Shown here piece by piece: positions 9,984-20,350 of a stretch of DNA of 64,000 bases; position 1 is the stretch's first letter; each line of letters starts with the position of its first letter. Origin of the DNA: Deltaproteobacteria bacterium (GTDB taxonomy: Bacteria > Desulfobacterota_D > UBA1144 > Nemesobacterales > CSP1-2); assembly GCA_052390235.1 (NCBI GenBank), contig JBQTHB010000005.1:256001-320000 (forward strand), in the 5' to 3' direction. The position numbers were made by a program, and so were the translations under genes. The notes below the pieces were generated by a model. The model was not told the DNA's origin and made no database searches. It worked only from the letters and a program-made list of their open reading frames with translations.

Positions 9984-10463
9984 ATGTATCGCACCGGAAT
10001 CGGATTTGACGCTCACCGTTTCGCCACAGGCCGCAGGCTCATGCTAGGAGGAGTTGAAATCCCCTTTGAGCTTGGACTCAAGGGGCATTCGGACGCCGAC
10101 GTTCTTGCGCACTCCGTCTGCGATGCCTTATTCGGAGCGGCGGGCGAGCGCGACATTGGGTTTCATTTCCCCGACACAGACCCCAAGTACAGGGGAGTAT
10201 CGAGCCTTCTGCTACTGAAAGAAACCCTAACTCTCGTGAAATCAAAGGGTTTTATCGTTGAAAATATTGACTCGACCGTCGTGTGCGAGAATCCGAAGCT
10301 CTCGGCTTACATCCCTGCGATAAAATCCTCTCTCGCAGCCGTCCTCGAAATCTCAGATGAAGCCGTCGGCGTTAAAGCCACAACATCGGATGCAATGGGA
10401 TTTACGGGCAGAGGCGAGGGGGTTGTTGCTTTGACAGTCGCTCTTATTAGGAAAATCGGCTGA
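9984..10463 (+). CDS. ispF: 2-C-methyl-D-erythritol 2,4-cyclodiphosphate synthase
   Basis: GIGFDAHRF, GHSDADV, DIGFHFPD, KATT. Confidence 0.96.
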   Translation: MYRTGIGFDAHRFATGRRLMLGGVEIPFELGLKGHSDADVLAHSVCDALFGAAGERDIGFHFPDTDPKYRGVSSLLLLKETLTLVKSKGFIVENIDSTVVCENPKLSAYIPAIKSSLAAVLEISDEAVGVKATTSDAMGFTGRGEGVVALTVALIRKIG

Positions 10464-10547
10464 TTCCGCGAACCCCTCCGGGGGGACGGCGCGGCGCTCC
10501 TGTGATAGGTATAGTACCCATAAAGCCCATAAAAAGGCGCGGGAAAA

Positions 10548-12896
10548 ATGACCGCTACTTTCTTTGCTAAGTATAAAATTCTCCCTCCGCTTGCCGCCTA
10601 TATCGCCGGAATTCTCATTGCCTCCCACTCGGATTGGGGTTGGGAGGCGGTAGTCTATCTCTCGCCGCTTATAGGGGCTGCCGCCTTGCTGAAGCCGAGA
10701 TTTGCGCCGCTCGTTTTCATCCCCATCGGGATTCTCTTTGCCGCCGAAAGAGAGCTTCCCCCGAATCACGTCTCGCGCCATGCGGGCAGGGAACTGAACT
10801 TAGATGGGACGCTCTATAAATCCCCTGAGCAGAGGGAGCGAGGCACTCGGCTATTTCTCGAAGCGCAGAGGGTTTTTATAGCCGGCGCGGAGAGTCCGGT
10901 GAGGGGCAGGGCAATCATCACCACCGAAGAGCCCGTGGTCGGGCTTGCCTACGGCGAGAGAATTCGGGTCATTGGGCTAAAGCTCCGCCCCGTGGGCAGT
11001 TTCAAAAATCCGGGGAGTTTCGATGCCAGGGCATTTTACGAGAGACAGGGAATCCGTGTTACCGGATTCGTCCCCGGCGCAAGCCGCATTATCTCCTTCG
11101 GCAGGGACGAGAATTCGAGCCGCTTCATACGCGCGATAGACGGGGTGAGGCTCAAATTCGCCGATTTTATCCGCCGCAAAGCCGAGTTTCCCGAAAATGA
11201 GGTCATCGCCGCCATCACCGTCGGAGAGCAGAGCCGAATCCCCGCAGACCTGAGGCGAAAACTCTCCGAGACCGGCATCATACACGTCGTGTCCATTTCG
11301 GGACTCCACGTCGGGGCAGTGGCGTTCGTATTTTATTTTCTGATAAAGTGGACTCTCAAGCGCTCCGAGTATCTCCTGCTCAGGTACGAAGTGCCGAGAA
11401 TTGCCGCGCTAATAACGATATTTCCGCTATTTACGTACGTTATTCTCGCCGGATTTGCCACCCCCGCAGTGAGGGCGTTTATCATGGCGGCGGTTTATTT
11501 GGTCTCCATTGCCGCCGGAAGGGACGAGAACAAGCTCAACACCCTTGGGGTCGCCGCGCTGATAATCCTCATCGCTCATCCGGGGGCGCTGTTTGAACTC
11601 TCGTTTCAACTCTCTTTTGTCTCGGTTCTAGCGCTTCTGCTTGTGAATAGGTTCTATCCCCTGAAAGTCGCGACGTTCGGGGATAAAATTCTCTCAAGCG
11701 CGAAGACCTCCCTTGCCGCATCCCTTGCCACGATGCCGTTTATTGTGAACCACTTCGGGATTCTCTCGCTCGTGTCGGTGCCGGCGAACCTCCTTTGCGT
11801 GCCGTTTATTGAATTTATCGCAACCCCCTTGGGGCTTCTGTCTTTTCTGACCTATTTCGTGTCCGAAGCCGCTACTGCCGCTCTGCTTCAAGCAAATGTT
11901 CTGCTCGTGAAATCCGTAATTTGGGCATCAGACCAGTTCTTAAAAATCCCCTTTGCCGCCCTAACCGTGCCGTCGTGGGGCGCGCTGGGTTCGCTGTTCT
12001 ACGCGCTGGCTCTTGCGCCCGCGCTTTTGTGGAGGACGCATCCGAGGCTGAGGCTTTTTCTGCCGGTGTTTGCCCTCGCTTTTGTAGCTACCTCGGCTTA
12101 CAGGGTTTGGGGAGATGCAAGCGGGGGGACGATGCGAGTCAGCTTTCTCGATGCGGGCAGTAAAAATATCGCTTTTGCCGAGCTTCCGGGCGGGGTGAAT
12201 ATTCTCATCGCCGGCGGATTTTCCTATTTCGACCGCGGAGGGTTCATTGAGCGGAGCGTCGCCATACCTTTCATGCTCAAATCTGGAGCCGTGAAAATTG
12301 ACTATTTTATTCTGACATCTCTCGATAAAGACCATCTCCAAGGGGCGCAATCCATCCTCGAGAGGTTTCGCGTCGAAAACCTCTGGACAAACGGCGGGAA
12401 ACTCCACGGCGGGCTTTGGGAGCTTGTCTATGCCAAAAAAATAAAATGGAAAAACGTCTCCATCCCTCAGCAGGAGGCTCGAATCGGGGATTTGCAAATT
12501 GAATTCATACAACCGAGAGGGGATTCATTAATCCCAACGGACTCGCGCAAATCGTACCCGCTTCTCGTGAAATTCGATTTTCGGGGCGCCGGGTTTCTAT
12601 TTGCCGAGGGAATTGCCGATGAACCAACTCTATCGCAGATTGCCAGAGAGTACGGGGATAAAATCCGAAGCGACGTAGTTTTCCCTCCGAAGCTCCCTCA
12701 AAAACTGCTCTCTGGGTTCATCGAGGCAACCTCGCCCAAGATTGCCGTCGCCATCGGCGCTGGGGGCGATAAATTGAGCGTGGCTAGAGGCGTTCGATTC
12801 TTCCATACCCAGAGAGACGGCGCGGTTTTCATCACGGCTGACGGCGAGACGCTCAGGGTTAAAACCTATTCGGGCGGCGCGCAGAGTGAGTATTAG
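10548..12896 (+). CDS. comEC: DNA uptake channel ComEC/Rec2
   Basis: NPGSFD, GIIHVVSISGLHV, VRAFIM, SFQLSF, C-terminal MBL-like domain with TQRDGAV. Confidence 0.93.
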   Translation: MTATFFAKYKILPPLAAYIAGILIASHSDWGWEAVVYLSPLIGAAALLKPRFAPLVFIPIGILFAAERELPPNHVSRHAGRELNLDGTLYKSPEQRERGTRLFLEAQRVFIAGAESPVRGRAIITTEEPVVGLAYGERIRVIGLKLRPVGSFKNPGSFDARAFYERQGIRVTGFVPGASRIISFGRDENSSRFIRAIDGVRLKFADFIRRKAEFPENEVIAAITVGEQSRIPADLRRKLSETGIIHVVSISGLHVGAVAFVFYFLIKWTLKRSEYLLLRYEVPRIAALITIFPLFTYVILAGFATPAVRAFIMAAVYLVSIAAGRDENKLNTLGVAALIILIAHPGALFELSFQLSFVSVLALLLVNRFYPLKVATFGDKILSSAKTSLAASLATMPFIVNHFGILSLVSVPANLLCVPFIEFIATPLGLLSFLTYFVSEAATAALLQANVLLVKSVIWASDQFLKIPFAALTVPSWGALGSLFYALALAPALLWRTHPRLRLFLPVFALAFVATSAYRVWGDASGGTMRVSFLDAGSKNIAFAELPGGVNILIAGGFSYFDRGGFIERSVAIPFMLKSGAVKIDYFILTSLDKDHLQGAQSILERFRVENLWTNGGKLHGGLWELVYAKKIKWKNVSIPQQEARIGDLQIEFIQPRGDSLIPTDSRKSYPLLVKFDFRGAGFLFAEGIADEPTLSQIAREYGDKIRSDVVFPPKLPQKLLSGFIEATSPKIAVAIGAGGDKLSVARGVRFFHTQRDGAVFITADGETLRVKTYSGGAQSEY

Positions 12897-13020
12897 CGGG
12901 ATTTCATATAGGCTCTGTCGAACCCCATATTGAGCCTGCTATGCGAATCGCAGTAAATTCCCTAGCCCTCGAGGTGTCAATCGCCTTTACACCGCCCAGG
13001 CTTCGCATTACTATTGAGCT

Positions 13021-13494
13021 ATGAGAAAAATCGCTCCGTTGATTCTCGCCCTTGCGGCTGTGGCTTATTTTTTCCTCCCGTCGGGGGACGACCCGCGTCA
13101 GATAGACGCCATATTCGGCAAAATTGAGGAAGCGGGGGTGAAAAGAGACTTAGATGGGGTATTCGAGCATTTTTCCTTGCTCTATAAAGATGACTACGGC
13201 GCGACATACCCGGCGCTGAAGGGTATCGTTAAGCGCTTTTTCGAGAAATATGACGGTTTTGATGCCGGATACTCAAATCTTGCCGTGTCTATCGGGGAGG
13301 ATTCCGATGGGAAGGCGAGCGCCGTAGCAAATCTCGACGTTTACATTTCGGGGATAAAATCCGGCAGGGATACGCCAATCGTGGGCAATGAGGGATCTCC
13401 CGAAAATATCACTGTAACCCTTGAGAAATCGGGGCTTGGGGACTGGAAAATCGTAAATATCGAAGGACTCGAGAGCGCTGAGGACGGATTTTAA
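13021..13494 (+). CDS. Exported hypothetical protein, NTF2-like fold
   Basis: N-terminal anchor; DLDGVFEHFSLLY...LEKSGLGDWKIV pattern. Confidence 0.55.
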   Translation: MRKIAPLILALAAVAYFFLPSGDDPRQIDAIFGKIEEAGVKRDLDGVFEHFSLLYKDDYGATYPALKGIVKRFFEKYDGFDAGYSNLAVSIGEDSDGKASAVANLDVYISGIKSGRDTPIVGNEGSPENITVTLEKSGLGDWKIVNIEGLESAEDGF

Positions 13495-13585
13495 CGCGGC
13501 TGTGGGCTTTTCCAATCTGCAAATCGGCGCGGTCGCTCGCAGAAGATTATTTTCCCATCTAGTCTGCGTTAATTCACAGGTGGAA

Positions 13586-14911
13586 TTATTGATTCATGAG
13601 GTTCAGAAAATCCTTATTCGACTTCGTTCCGCTCATCTTATCGAGCAGAAACTCCATGGCTTCGGTCGTATTCATCGGGCTTAGAACCTTTCGCAGCAGC
13701 CACACGCGATTTAAAACGTCCTGCGAGAGTAGAAGCTCCTCTTTTCTCGTCCCTGAGCGCTGAAGGTCAATGGCGGGGAACACTCTCTTATCGGCGAGCC
13801 TCCTGTCGAGATAGACCTCCATATTGCCAGTGCCTTTGAACTCCTCAAATATGACCTCGTCCATTCGGCTTCCCGTGTCAATAAGAGCCGTAGCGATAAT
13901 TGTGAGGCTGCCGCCCTCTTCGGTATTCCTCGCCGCTCCGAAAAATCTCTTAGGGCGCTGAAGGGCATTGGCCTCAATGCCGCCTGACAGCACTCTGCCA
14001 CTTGCCGGGGTTACGGTGTTGCTCGCGCGGGCAAGCCTGGTGAGGCTGTCTAGGAGTATGACGACGTCTTTGCCGTGTTCCACGAGGCGCTTTGCCTTCT
14101 CTATGACCATATCCGCGACTTGGATATGTCTCAGCGGCGGCTCGTCAAAGGTGGAGCTTACGACCTCTCCGTTGACCGACCTTTCCATATCCGTAACCTC
14201 TTCGGGGCGCTCGTCAATTAGAAGCACAATGAGCATCACGTTCGGGTGATTTTTTGTTATGGCGTTTGCGAGTTTCTGAAGGAGTATCGTTTTTCCCGTC
14301 CTCGGCGGGGCGACGATGAGCGCGCGCTGTCCCATTCCAACGGGTATAAAGAGGTTCATGACCCTTGTGCACAGTTCGTTGTGGTCGTATTCGAGCTGAA
14401 GTTTTTTCTCCGGGTGCAGGGGAACGAGGCTTTCAAACGGCACTCGGTCGCGGCAGGCTTCTGGGGATTCGTAATTTACCTGCTCGATTTTAAGAAGCGC
14501 GAGGTTTTTCTCTCCCTCTCTTGGGAGGCGCACCTGCCCTCCGACGATGTCGCCTGTTTTCAGGTTGAAAGAGCGGATTTGAGATTTTGACACATAGATG
14601 TCATCTGGCCCTGGAAGGTAGCTGTACTTAGGAGAGCGCAAAAATCCGTATCCCTCGGAGAGGATTTCCAGCACCCCTTCGGCGAAAATTACTCCCTCGT
14701 TCTCGCTCTGCGCTTTGAGGACGGCATAAATCATGTCCTGCTTGGTCATGCGGGAGGTGTCTTCAATTTGAAGGTCTCTCGCTATTTTCATCAGTTCTGT
14801 GGTTTTTTTACTTCTCAGGTCGGTTAGATTGAGAAATAAGTGGGATTGTGCCTCTATCGCTCCATTTTCATCTGGAGGGGGAGGTTGATGCGCTTTCGAT
14901 ACTCTAGCCAT
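13586..14911 (-). CDS. rho: Transcription termination factor Rho
   Basis: [38 protein letters not shown]. Confidence 0.98.
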   Translation of the reverse strand: MARVSKAHQPPPPDENGAIEAQSHLFLNLTDLRSKKTTELMKIARDLQIEDTSRMTKQDMIYAVLKAQSENEGVIFAEGVLEILSEGYGFLRSPKYSYLPGPDDIYVSKSQIRSFNLKTGDIVGGQVRLPREGEKNLALLKIEQVNYESPEACRDRVPFESLVPLHPEKKLQLEYDHNELCTRVMNLFIPVGMGQRALIVAPPRTGKTILLQKLANAITKNHPNVMLIVLLIDERPEEVTDMERSVNGEVVSSTFDEPPLRHIQVADMVIEKAKRLVEHGKDVVILLDSLTRLARASNTVTPASGRVLSGGIEANALQRPKRFFGAARNTEEGGSLTIIATALIDTGSRMDEVIFEEFKGTGNMEVYLDRRLADKRVFPAIDLQRSGTRKEELLLSQDVLNRVWLLRKVLSPMNTTEAMEFLLDKMSGTKSNKDFLNLMNQ

Positions 14912-15233
14912 GAGGTTTATACTCTTACTTTAATAGGATTTTTAAGACAAAACGCTTAAGGTTCAATGTTTAGGTGATTACTGCGCGGTCGCCGAAAGTT
15001 TGAAACAACGAAAGTACGTATATTATTTACATTCAATGGGGCGTTTGTCAAGGCTAGGGGCGTTTATGGCAAAAAAACTCGCGTTCTGGTAATTTGTGGG
15101 CAGAGCAACTCCACAGGGCAAATATCATATTGCCCGCCCCCCCGGACCTATTGACTGGCGCTGAATTTTAAATCTTTTACCCGTCTCGCCCGTAATAATC
15201 CCCATATAAATCTATTTAGGAGGAATTCAGGCG

Positions 15234-16604
15234 ATGAGAACTAATAAGAAAATAATCATATCGGCAATATTTGCGCTCTTTGCCCTCGCTCTATTTCAAT
15301 TATCAGCTTTGGCAAAGGCGGGCGCCCAACTGGGCAACTCGTCCCTCTCGTGGGAAGTCGAGCAGAGCAATTCCTACGTGGACTTGGGCGGCGCCGGGGA
15401 GATTTTAGTGAATATGCGCGTTCGCGGGCAGGATGTGAAGCTCACGGAAAGAGCGCCCGTCAACCTCGCTCTAGTAATTGACAGAAGCGGCTCGATGGCT
15501 GATGCGGGGAAATTGGAATACGCAAAAGAGGCGGCGCGGCGCATTATCCAAGGGCTTAGGGATTCAGACCGCCTCTCGATAGTCGCATATTCAACCGAAG
15601 TCGAGCTTCTCTACCCGACTCAATTGCTGAGGGATAAGCAAGGCGCGCTTGCCGCCGTTGACGCTCTCTATCCCACGGACTCGACGAACCTCGCCGGAGG
15701 ACTGATTGCCGGAGTGAGCCAGATAAAATCCCTCGCGGGCAGGGCGGGCTACGTTAATCGAGTGATTCTCCTCTCTGACGGGCTTGCAAACGCCGGCATC
15801 ACCGACAGGGGCGAGATTAACCGCATTGCAAGCGGGGCGTCCGAGGGCGGCGTGCGTATAACGACAATGGGTCTGGGCGTGGATTACGATGAAAATCTCA
15901 TGACCGATGTCGCAGAGTACGGGGCAGGGAATTACTATTTTATAGAGTCGCCCTCGCAAATCGCTGGGATTTTTGAGCGGGAGTTTAATCAAATCCTAGC
16001 CACGGTGGCAAAGGACGCAGTTATCACGCTTGCGCCTTCGTTGGGGGTGCGGATACTCGATGTCTATGGTTATGCGAGCGAGCGGGAAAACGGCAAAGCG
16101 CGGATAAATTTGGGGGATATGTTCGCCGGGCAGGAGCGCAATGTTTTAGTGCGTCTCGCCGCGCCTCTGGATAAACTCGGCAGAAGGGAGTTTCTCCGGG
16201 CGTCGCTTCGGTTTGCGGATGTTCTTGGGAAGAGAAAACCGGCGCAAATTGAAAACCGTCTTGAAGTCGAGGTTACCGGAGATAAGAGCAAAGTTGTCCT
16301 AGGGGAAAACAAAGAGGTCGTCGCAAGGGGGATTTCCGCCGCCGCCGCCTATGAGCTTCAGGGAGCGACTGTTGAATATGAGAAGGGAAACCGCGCATCA
16401 GCCCTCGCGGGGATTAAAAAAGCTCTGGACAAGGTTATCGAGGTCAATAGCTCTGCGCAAAAGAGCGAGGCATCGTCGCGCCAAGAGGCCGAGCTAAGGG
16501 ACGCGCTGCAGGAGATGTCTGTTGCCGCCCCCGCGCCTGAATCAGATGCCGGCAGGGGTTTCATCAAAGAATATAAGGCTAAGGCGAGGGAACAGCTCAA
16601 ATAG
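15234..16604 (+). CDS. Secreted von Willebrand factor A domain protein (YfbK-like)
   Basis: Signal peptide, VIDRSGSM MIDAS motif, LLSDGLANAG, GLGVDYDE. Confidence 0.88.
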   Translation: MRTNKKIIISAIFALFALALFQLSALAKAGAQLGNSSLSWEVEQSNSYVDLGGAGEILVNMRVRGQDVKLTERAPVNLALVIDRSGSMADAGKLEYAKEAARRIIQGLRDSDRLSIVAYSTEVELLYPTQLLRDKQGALAAVDALYPTDSTNLAGGLIAGVSQIKSLAGRAGYVNRVILLSDGLANAGITDRGEINRIASGASEGGVRITTMGLGVDYDENLMTDVAEYGAGNYYFIESPSQIAGIFEREFNQILATVAKDAVITLAPSLGVRILDVYGYASERENGKARINLGDMFAGQERNVLVRLAAPLDKLGRREFLRASLRFADVLGKRKPAQIENRLEVEVTGDKSKVVLGENKEVVARGISAAAAYELQGATVEYEKGNRASALAGIKKALDKVIEVNSSAQKSEASSRQEAELRDALQEMSVAAPAPESDAGRGFIKEYKAKAREQLK

Positions 16605-16637
16605 CTTTTGCCAGCCGTTGCTTGTTCGGATTACCCT

Positions 16638-16776
16638 TCACCCTGGTACTGTCTAAGGACTCCGCTCACCCTTCGACTCCGCTCAGGGTGAAGATGACGG
16701 CTAGATGTGTCATTCCGAACGCAGAGAGGAATCTGATTCAGTATTTATCGCCCCTCCGACTCCGCTCAGGGTGAAG
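16638..16776. repeat. Cluster of REP-like palindromic repeats
   Basis: Exact 20-nt direct repeat CGACTCCGCTCAGGGTGAAG at 16674 and 16757, partial copy at 16658, degenerate inverted copy at 16638, and GTCATTCCGAACGCAGAGAGGAATCT at 16709-16734. Confidence 0.8.
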
Positions 16777-16945
16777 GGTTGAGCCCAAAGGAGAGCGGGT
16801 TTTAGCCTCAGCCGCGTGGGGGAGGGAGACACTTCTCGAGTATGCCCAGAATCTGCCGCCCCCGACAATTCCGCTTTCTTGAGAACCCCCTGACGGCGGT
16901 GTATATTGTAAGTCGCACTGAATTTCGTCGAGGGGGTATCGGAGA

Positions 16946-18487
16946 TTGGACGCAATATTAAACGGAAATCTGACGGCGGTTACGTTTTTCCCTCTGGCGG
17001 GAATATTACTCATTGCCGTGCTTGCGCTGATGAGAGCGTCTGAGGGAGCGATAAAAATCTCGGCTCTCGCCGTGAGCCTCGTTGAATTTGCCATCTCCAT
17101 CCCAATCTACACAAACTTTCAGACCGGTTTTGCCGGAATGCAGCTTGAGACCAAAATCCCGTGGATAGAGAGCCTTGGGGTGAGCTATCACCTAGGGGTT
17201 GACGGGATAAGCCTCTTCCTCGTGCTTCTCACGACCTTTCTGATGCCGATAACGATTCTCAGCGCTTGGAACGCCATACACAAGGGGATTGCCGCGTTTT
17301 TGATTCTGCTCCTGCTGCTGGAGTCTGCGATGATAGGCACATTTCTAGCGCTCGATATGATTTTATTCTTCATATTCTGGGAAGCCGTGTTGATACCGAT
17401 GTATTTTCTCGTTGGCATCTGGGGAACGGAGCGCAGAATCTACGCCGCCGTAAAATTTTTCATCTACACGGCGTTTGGAAGCGCGTTGATGCTGGTTGCG
17501 ATATTTTATCTGTACTTCGCCCATATCGAGCAGTTTGGCTTCGCCTCGATGAACGCCCTCGACTTTTATAACCTCAATATCCCCTACGCCGGTGCTCTGA
17601 GTCCTCAGGGGCTTCTGTTCCTCGCCTTTTGCCTCGCTTTCGCCATTAAAGTGCCGATGTTCCCGTTTCACACCTGGCTTCCCGATGCTCACGTTGAAGC
17701 CCCCACTGCCGGGAGCGTGATTCTCGCCGGAGTGCTTCTGAAGATGGGAACTTACGGATTCATCCGCTTCGGACTGCCGTTTTTCCCGGAAGCGACGCTC
17801 GACTTTGCTCCTATATTGGCTATTATCGCGGTGGTCGGCGTGATTTACGGAGCGATGGTCGCGTTTGCGCAGTCGGATTTAAAGAAGCTCGTCGCGTATT
17901 CGAGTGTGAGCCACTTGGGGCTTGTGATGCTGGGGCTATTTGCGCTGAACGTGCAGGGAATCGAGGGGAGCGTTTATCAGATGCTCAATCACGGGCTATC
18001 AACCGGCGCGCTGTTTCTCATGGTGGGGATGATTTACGAGAGGCGGCATACGAAAAAAATCGCCGAATTCGGGGGAATCTCAAAGGTGATGCCGCTTTTT
18101 GCCGCCTTTTTTCTGCTTTCGACCCTATCGTCCATAGGGCTTCCGCTCCTGAACGGCTTCGTCGGGGAGTTTCTGATACTGCTTGGCGTGTTCAGGTGGA
18201 ATTATATTTTCTCGGCCCTTGGCGCGACGGGCATGATACTCGGCGCGGTCTATATGCTCTGGGCTTATCAAAAGGTGATGTTTGGCCCGCTGGACAAGGC
18301 GGAAAATAAAGCCCTCCTCGACCTTAGCCTCCGCGAGGTTATGGTTCTCCTCCCGATAGCGATAATGTTCTTCGTGATGGGCATCTATCCTAAGCCTTTT
18401 CTCGAACGCATGGAGCCGACGGTTACGGAGCTTATCAAGACCAAATTCGAGCCAATTGCCGTTACCGAGAGCGCCGTCGAGAGATAG
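16946..18487 (+). CDS. nuoM: NADH-quinone oxidoreductase subunit M (stand-alone copy)
   Basis: GVDGISL, FFIFWE, FPFHTWLPDAHVEAPT, LLKMG, KKLVAYSSVSH. Confidence 0.94.
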   Translation: MDAILNGNLTAVTFFPLAGILLIAVLALMRASEGAIKISALAVSLVEFAISIPIYTNFQTGFAGMQLETKIPWIESLGVSYHLGVDGISLFLVLLTTFLMPITILSAWNAIHKGIAAFLILLLLLESAMIGTFLALDMILFFIFWEAVLIPMYFLVGIWGTERRIYAAVKFFIYTAFGSALMLVAIFYLYFAHIEQFGFASMNALDFYNLNIPYAGALSPQGLLFLAFCLAFAIKVPMFPFHTWLPDAHVEAPTAGSVILAGVLLKMGTYGFIRFGLPFFPEATLDFAPILAIIAVVGVIYGAMVAFAQSDLKKLVAYSSVSHLGLVMLGLFALNVQGIEGSVYQMLNHGLSTGALFLMVGMIYERRHTKKIAEFGGISKVMPLFAAFFLLSTLSSIGLPLLNGFVGEFLILLGVFRWNYIFSALGATGMILGAVYMLWAYQKVMFGPLDKAENKALLDLSLREVMVLLPIAIMFFVMGIYPKPFLERMEPTVTELIKTKFEPIAVTESAVER

Positions 18488-18572
18488 ACGTTGCTTGCGC
18501 ATATATATGGGGCGGCCCTGCGATATTTCCCGGAAGTGATTGTTTTTGCATCCTGAAATTTATGATTAGACT

Positions 18573-19529
18573 ATGGAATTGCCGATGCCGATAGAAGAGC
18601 GCAGCAAAGAACAACCTACTCCAATAACTATAAATGAGTCTTCCCCGCATTATCGCCGCAAATTGAGTATCGGCTACACGAGGGTTTGTAAATGCAACCC
18701 CACGCATATTAATTGCCTTAACGCCAAGGAGTGGATTAAAAGCCAAATTGGCGTCTGGCAGTTTAATTATGAAGGACGCGATGTTAGAGAGAAGAGCCTG
18801 CACCCGGCAACTTTTCCTATTTCATTGGCAAAAAAAGTCATTTTATTGTTTACACATGAGGGTGAATTGGTTTTAGACCCCTTTGTAGGAAGCGGTACTA
18901 CCCTTCTTGCGTCTCAAGATATAAATAGAAACGCTCTTGGGTTTGATATTCAAAAGAAATATATTGACCTCTGCGCCGAACGGCTAGCAACAGGCCATCT
19001 TTTTAATCAAGCACGGCAAATTGCCGTACAGGACGACGCTGCAATGATACCCGACTATATTGAGCCGGATACCGTCAGCCTAATTTGGACGTCCCCGCCG
19101 TATGCCAACTTATTAAATCGAAAACGAAGGAATAAATCTCGTCGAGGTGAGGAGCGCAAAAACGACCAATTGGGCAAAGTAGAGCAATACTCACAAGACC
19201 CGCGCGATTTGGGAACTATGGCTCTTGAGGAATATACAGAGACAATGGGAAATATTTATGGGCGGTTATTGCCGATTCTCAAACCCAAAGGGCATTGCGT
19301 CATCAATGTGCCAGATATGTGGTGGGAAAATGAAAGAATTACAATTCACGTTGCCCTTGTTGAAGAATTGAGGCGGCGAGGGTACGAATTGAGGAATACT
19401 ATTATCTGGGATAGAACAAATATAGTTAACAATGTAGGGATATTCGGCTGGCCCAGCAATTATATTACGATGGGAACTACGTTTGAATATCTGCTGGATT
19501 TCTGGCGTCCTCCTGTCGCTCAAACATGA
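18573..19529 (+). CDS. Amino (N4-C/N6-A) DNA methyltransferase
   Basis: HPATFP, LDPFVGSGTT (motif I), TSPPY (motif IV), LKPKG. Confidence 0.9.
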   Translation: MELPMPIEERSKEQPTPITINESSPHYRRKLSIGYTRVCKCNPTHINCLNAKEWIKSQIGVWQFNYEGRDVREKSLHPATFPISLAKKVILLFTHEGELVLDPFVGSGTTLLASQDINRNALGFDIQKKYIDLCAERLATGHLFNQARQIAVQDDAAMIPDYIEPDTVSLIWTSPPYANLLNRKRRNKSRRGEERKNDQLGKVEQYSQDPRDLGTMALEEYTETMGNIYGRLLPILKPKGHCVINVPDMWWENERITIHVALVEELRRRGYELRNTIIWDRTNIVNNVGIFGWPSNYITMGTTFEYLLDFWRPPVAQT

Positions 19530-20299
19530 GAATATATACTAAAGAGTCTATTATCCAAGCTCTTGAAGATATTGCGGATATTGGGTGGATTCCAAATGCG
19601 CGTCCCGGTAACGCCGGCGGCGTTGGAAACACTCTCGAGAGTTTGTTAGAGATAAAAGAGAACAATCTGCCGCTCCCTAACGCCGCGGAATGGGAGCTAA
19701 AATGTCAACGTTTTAACTCCGCCTCTCTGATAACACTTTTCCACATCGAGCCATCCCCGCGAGCCATTAGATTTGTTCCTCGCATACTGCTTCCAAAATA
19801 CGGCTGGCCCGCAGGTGAAGGTTATCCTACGGGTGAGATGAGTTTCAGACAGACAATTCACGGACAGCCGAGCGATAGGGGGTTCAACGTAGCAATAGAC
19901 AAAATTAACCAAAAGTTGGTTATATCCTTTAATCCAAGTTTAGTTAATCCGCGACACTCGGATTGGCTACATTCAGTTGACAAACGAGTCGGACTGGATG
20001 AACTCAATCCGCAACCCTATTGGGGTTTTAGAGATTTGAGCAATAAAGCCGGCACCAAGCTGTTGAATTGCTTTTATGTGCAAGCCAATACAAAACGTGA
20101 AAAAGGGCGGGAATTTTTTCATTACAAACACATTTTAATGCTTTCGGATTTTGATTTTGCTAAATTTTTGGAAGCCATCGAACTGGGTGATGTGCTGGTG
20201 GATTTTGACGCGCGAACAGGTCATAATCACGGCACGAAGTTTCGATTGCGCCAAAACGCCCTGCCGAATCTCTACCGCCGAGTTTTCACTATTCGCTAG
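19526..20299 (+). CDS. MvaI/BcnI-family restriction endonuclease
   Basis: GGVGNTLESLL, ENN, WELK, ITLFH, HNHGTKFR; ATGA overlap with the methyltransferase. Confidence 0.88.
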   Translation: MRIYTKESIIQALEDIADIGWIPNARPGNAGGVGNTLESLLEIKENNLPLPNAAEWELKCQRFNSASLITLFHIEPSPRAIRFVPRILLPKYGWPAGEGYPTGEMSFRQTIHGQPSDRGFNVAIDKINQKLVISFNPSLVNPRHSDWLHSVDKRVGLDELNPQPYWGFRDLSNKAGTKLLNCFYVQANTKREKGREFFHYKHILMLSDFDFAKFLEAIELGDVLVDFDARTGHNHGTKFRLRQNALPNLYRRVFTIR

Positions 20300-20350
20300 C
20301 TGTGTCCGCTGAGTTGTCCTTAGCTCTTTGCTGCGAACTCAACGCCGCGC

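Noticed and set aside
16638..16776. Possible mini CRISPR array
   Set aside because: Only two full repeat copies, irregular spacing, REP-like palindromes and no cas genes.
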